From Candidatus Bathyarchaeia archaeon (GTDB taxonomy: Archaea > Thermoproteota > Bathyarchaeia > Bathyarchaeales > Bathycorpusculaceae), in NCBI GenBank assembly GCA_049515895.1, contig JBEKTQ010000025.1:1-54328 (forward strand): a stretch of DNA of 54,328 nucleotides, given 5' to 3'. The translations under genes and the position numbers were made by a program. Under the pieces are notes generated by a model. The model worked only from the letters and a program-made list of their open reading frames with translations. It was not told where the DNA came from and ran no database searches. Position 1 is the stretch's first letter. Every line of letters starts with the position of its first letter. Positions 51,579-54,328 of this stretch are shown here, one piece after another.

Positions 51579-51774
51579 TTTTACTGGTTTGGGTTGTTTT
51601 TGAGTTTATTTTGTCTAAAATCTACATAGTTGAAGTTCGTTCAAATTAGTGATTTGCTACATTTGAAATCTTGCAAAAGCTGGAGGACGATCAGTTCATC
51701 GATAATTAGAGGAATCCACTGTAATTTGCATGCAAGCCACTTCTTTGAACCCTAAACGGGGAAGGGAATCGCAC

Positions 51775-52040
51775 CTCAACTCGGGTGAAGAGCCCCCCGT
51801 AGTGACCGTAATCGGCCGGCCACCAATCCTTCGAGTCGGTCATCAGCGCATAAAGGTCCTTCTTCAGAGCTTCCAAATCAAGTTTCAGGAATTCATCAGC
51901 GTAGTTAAACTCCTTGCCCCATCGGATTGGACAAGGGGAATGCTGGTGCAAAATATTCAGGTTCAACTGGGGCCGAACCAGTCTTGGTTCGACGTGCCCC
52001 GCGCACCTGAAGTAATCATCGGTCTCTTTTTTTCAGTCAT
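51775..52040 (-). pseudogene. katG: Catalase-peroxidase 5' remnant
   Basis: GTSNQDW / LNLNILHQH / [20 protein letters not shown]; frameshifted, truncated before the distal RMAWH. Confidence 0.9.
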
Positions 52041-52213
52041 CTTAAAAATCACCTTACCCCAAATCGTATTTCTAAGCAAGTTCTACAAAAGCTTTGCTAA
52101 CGTCTACTATTTCAGTTAGCCATCTTTCTGTTTCAACCATTTTCCCCGGGAAAATAACAGACTGAAAAGTCTTATATCGATTTGCAGGCTTCTAGTAATA
52201 TAGGTGGCTAATT

Positions 52214-52660
52214 TTGGGAGTTAAAGAAAATCTTGAGTTGATGAAAACGCTCGATGATTCGTGGAACGCAGGACCTAATAGTCCACTTTGGGAAACTTTT
52301 AAGAAACGTCATAGAGAAGATGTTAAAGTGTATTGGCCAGCCCAACCCCTGCCTACAGTAGGACGACATAGTCATGATGTTGAGGCTACGGGGTTCTTCA
52401 AAACCTTTGACAATCGGTTAGTCAACAACCCTTACAAGATCGCCTTCGGTGATGAAAATCACACATGCACTGTCGCTGATTGGACGGTGACCATGAAAGG
52501 ACCGATGAAAGGCGCAGACGGAAAGATTATCCAGCCTACTGGGAAAACAGCAAAGCTTGAATTCTGTACAGTCGCCACGTGGAAGAACGGCGAAATCGTT
52601 GAAGAAAGACTGTTTTATGATGTAGTTGGTTTCATGCAACAGCTTGGGCTGAGCAAATAG
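52214..52660 (+). CDS. SnoaL-like (NTF2-fold) ester cyclase family protein
   Basis: PTGKT...FCTVATWKNGEIVEERLFYD...MQQLGL. Confidence 0.85.
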   Translation: MGVKENLELMKTLDDSWNAGPNSPLWETFKKRHREDVKVYWPAQPLPTVGRHSHDVEATGFFKTFDNRLVNNPYKIAFGDENHTCTVADWTVTMKGPMKGADGKIIQPTGKTAKLEFCTVATWKNGEIVEERLFYDVVGFMQQLGLSK

Positions 52661-52714
52661 GTCAGCCCAACTTCCCCCTTCTTTTCAGTTTGCGTGCGTG
52701 AACGAAAAACAATA

Positions 52715-52746
52715 TTCATCAAGAACGCACTCAATTTCTTGATGAA
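52715..52746. promoter_or_regulatory. 11-bp inverted repeat upstream of pirin
   Basis: TTCATCAAGAA-N10-TTCTTGATGAA. Confidence 0.5.
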
Positions 52747-52803
52747 CTGGGAGAAAATGAATATTTAGTTCCAAATTGTTGAATAAGTATTAGGTGATGT
52801 TCT

Positions 52804-53667
52804 TTGGAAAGAAAAATCGAAAAGACATTAGAACGTCAGCTTACCCTCGAGGGCGCAGGAGTCAAACTCAAACGAGTTCTGGGAAACGACAAAAACTCCA
52901 CGCTTGACCCCTTCTTGCTCTTAGACCACTTTGGATCAAACAACCCTAAAGACTACATCAAAGGTTTTCCATGGCACCCCCACAGAGGAATGGAAACAGT
53001 CACTTACATGTGGACAGGCGAAGTTGAACATGGCGACAGCATGGGCAACAAAGGCGTAATCAAATCTGGAGACGTGCAGTGGATGACTGCTGGTTCAGGT
53101 ATAATTCATCAAGAAATGCCCCAAAAATATGACGGTTTAATGCAGGGATTCCAACTATGGGTAAACTTACCCGCAAAGAAAAAGATGGTTAACCCCAAAT
53201 ATCGAGGAATAGAAAAAGAACAAATTCCGATGGTTCAGAAAGATGGCATGAAGATTAAAGTCGTAGCAGGAGAGATCGATGGAACACGGGGACTAGTTCG
53301 TGACTTAGCAATCGACATTGAATATTTTGATGTGGAGTTAACTTCAGGAAAAACATTCGAACATTCAACTGCCAAGGATGATACGGTATTTGCTTACATT
53401 GTCGAAGGCTCCGTTGAGGCTAAAGGTAAAACCATAACCCAGGGTCAGTGCGCAGTCTTTGGGAAAGGCGATTTAGTCAAGATAAGTTCAAAAAACGGCG
53501 CTCACTTTCTTTATGTGTCAGGTGAACCATTGAATGAACCAGTGGCTTGGAGAGGTCCCATAGTAATGAACACTGAAGAAGAATTAGCTTTAGCTTTCAA
53601 AGAGCTGGGCGCTGGCACTTTTATCAAAACAAAAAGTTCTTTAAACCCTGACAAAAAATCGATGTGA
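52804..53667 (+). CDS. Pirin family protein
   Basis: DPFLLLDHF, HPHRGMETVTY, QWMTAGSGIIHQE, GPIVMN. Confidence 0.95.
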   Translation: MERKIEKTLERQLTLEGAGVKLKRVLGNDKNSTLDPFLLLDHFGSNNPKDYIKGFPWHPHRGMETVTYMWTGEVEHGDSMGNKGVIKSGDVQWMTAGSGIIHQEMPQKYDGLMQGFQLWVNLPAKKKMVNPKYRGIEKEQIPMVQKDGMKIKVVAGEIDGTRGLVRDLAIDIEYFDVELTSGKTFEHSTAKDDTVFAYIVEGSVEAKGKTITQGQCAVFGKGDLVKISSKNGAHFLYVSGEPLNEPVAWRGPIVMNTEEELALAFKELGAGTFIKTKSSLNPDKKSM

Positions 53668-53674
53668 TGTAGAT

Positions 53675-54013
53675 ATGAGTGCAAGAAAGAAAATATCAGT
53701 TGAGAGTAAAAAGGAAAGCACTTTTCATGATAGGGTAGATAATAAAGACAAAGCGTTTGTTCTGTTCTATGCAACTTGGTGCCCGTTTTCGCAGCGGTTC
53801 TTGCCAATCTTTGAGGAGTATTCAAAGAGCAATCCGAATGAGTGCTTAAGTGTTATTGTCGATGAAGAGCCTAATGTCTGCGAAGAATACGCTATAGAAT
53901 ATTATCCGACAGTGTTAATGTTCAAGAAGGGAAAAGTGCATAAGCGCTTAGACGCAGAGCCGCACGTTGGTTTAAGCAAAAAACAGCTAAAGGACCTTAA
54001 TGAAAAACATTAA
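53675..54013 (+). CDS. Thioredoxin-fold protein (CxxS)
   Basis: FYATWCPFS; YPT cis-Pro motif. Confidence 0.85.
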   Translation: MSARKKISVESKKESTFHDRVDNKDKAFVLFYATWCPFSQRFLPIFEEYSKSNPNECLSVIVDEEPNVCEEYAIEYYPTVLMFKKGKVHKRLDAEPHVGLSKKQLKDLNEKH

Positions 54014-54058
54014 GGAGCCTCAAGTTTCTCTTTTTTTGATGCCCAATTCTTGTTTCGC

Positions 54059-54140
54059 TTATTTCAAAGAGTCGTCGCCGTCGTTGAAGCCTTCATCTAT
54101 GTGAGAGCCGTCGCAGAAGGGCTTGTTCTGGGATTTAAGC
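54059..54140 (-). pseudogene. CDGSH iron-sulfur domain remnant
   Basis: SQNKPFCDGSH present, but the preceding CxC ligands are missing in this frame. Confidence 0.55.
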
Positions 54141-54328
54141 CTGCGAACACGGCGGCATCTCAATTCACCCAGACACAGGCTTTTCAGTAGCATGCGACCT
54201 CTGCAACGGGGAACCTCAATGTGTAGAATTCTGCCCCGAAGAAGCCCTAGAGACCATAACAACTGATGAAGAAGCCGATAAACGCATGAGCGAAACCTTA
54301 GAGAAGCTGCCCGCAGAAACTGAACGAA

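Overview
Archaeal chromosomal window. Bathyarchaeia-like TACK affinity is inferred from aIF-2beta, aIF-1A-RIO1-KH, EF-1alpha, short XPF, short PurA, a BHB-intron tRNA and frequent TTG starts. Layout: (i) ~1-12 kb is an accessory region around tRNA-Gly(GCC), with a truncated tyrosine integrase, a metal-homeostasis cassette (MgtA-type ATPase, stand-alone triple CDF C-terminal domain, VIT1/CCC1), an inverted duplicated Zn-finger gene segment and membrane/secreted orphans. (ii) ~12.5-51.3 kb is mostly core genes (purA, uppS, translation factors, msrA, tuf, xpf, GH15) interspersed with surface proteins. (iii) After tRNA-Ser(TGA) lies a decaying redox-stress cluster (katG remnant, SnoaL-like, pirin, thioredoxin, CDGSH remnant). 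Most striking: six dispersed intergenic copies of an element in which an exact 10-bp-period tandem array, of up to four different unit sequences, is joined to one conserved ~55-60 bp tail starting GCAACCTGCA. Also notable are a tRNA-Ser with a BHB intron at position 8/9, and a DUF2400-like/T7-endonuclease-I-like fusion next to an HExxH protein. All family calls come from motif recognition by eye; no searches were run.
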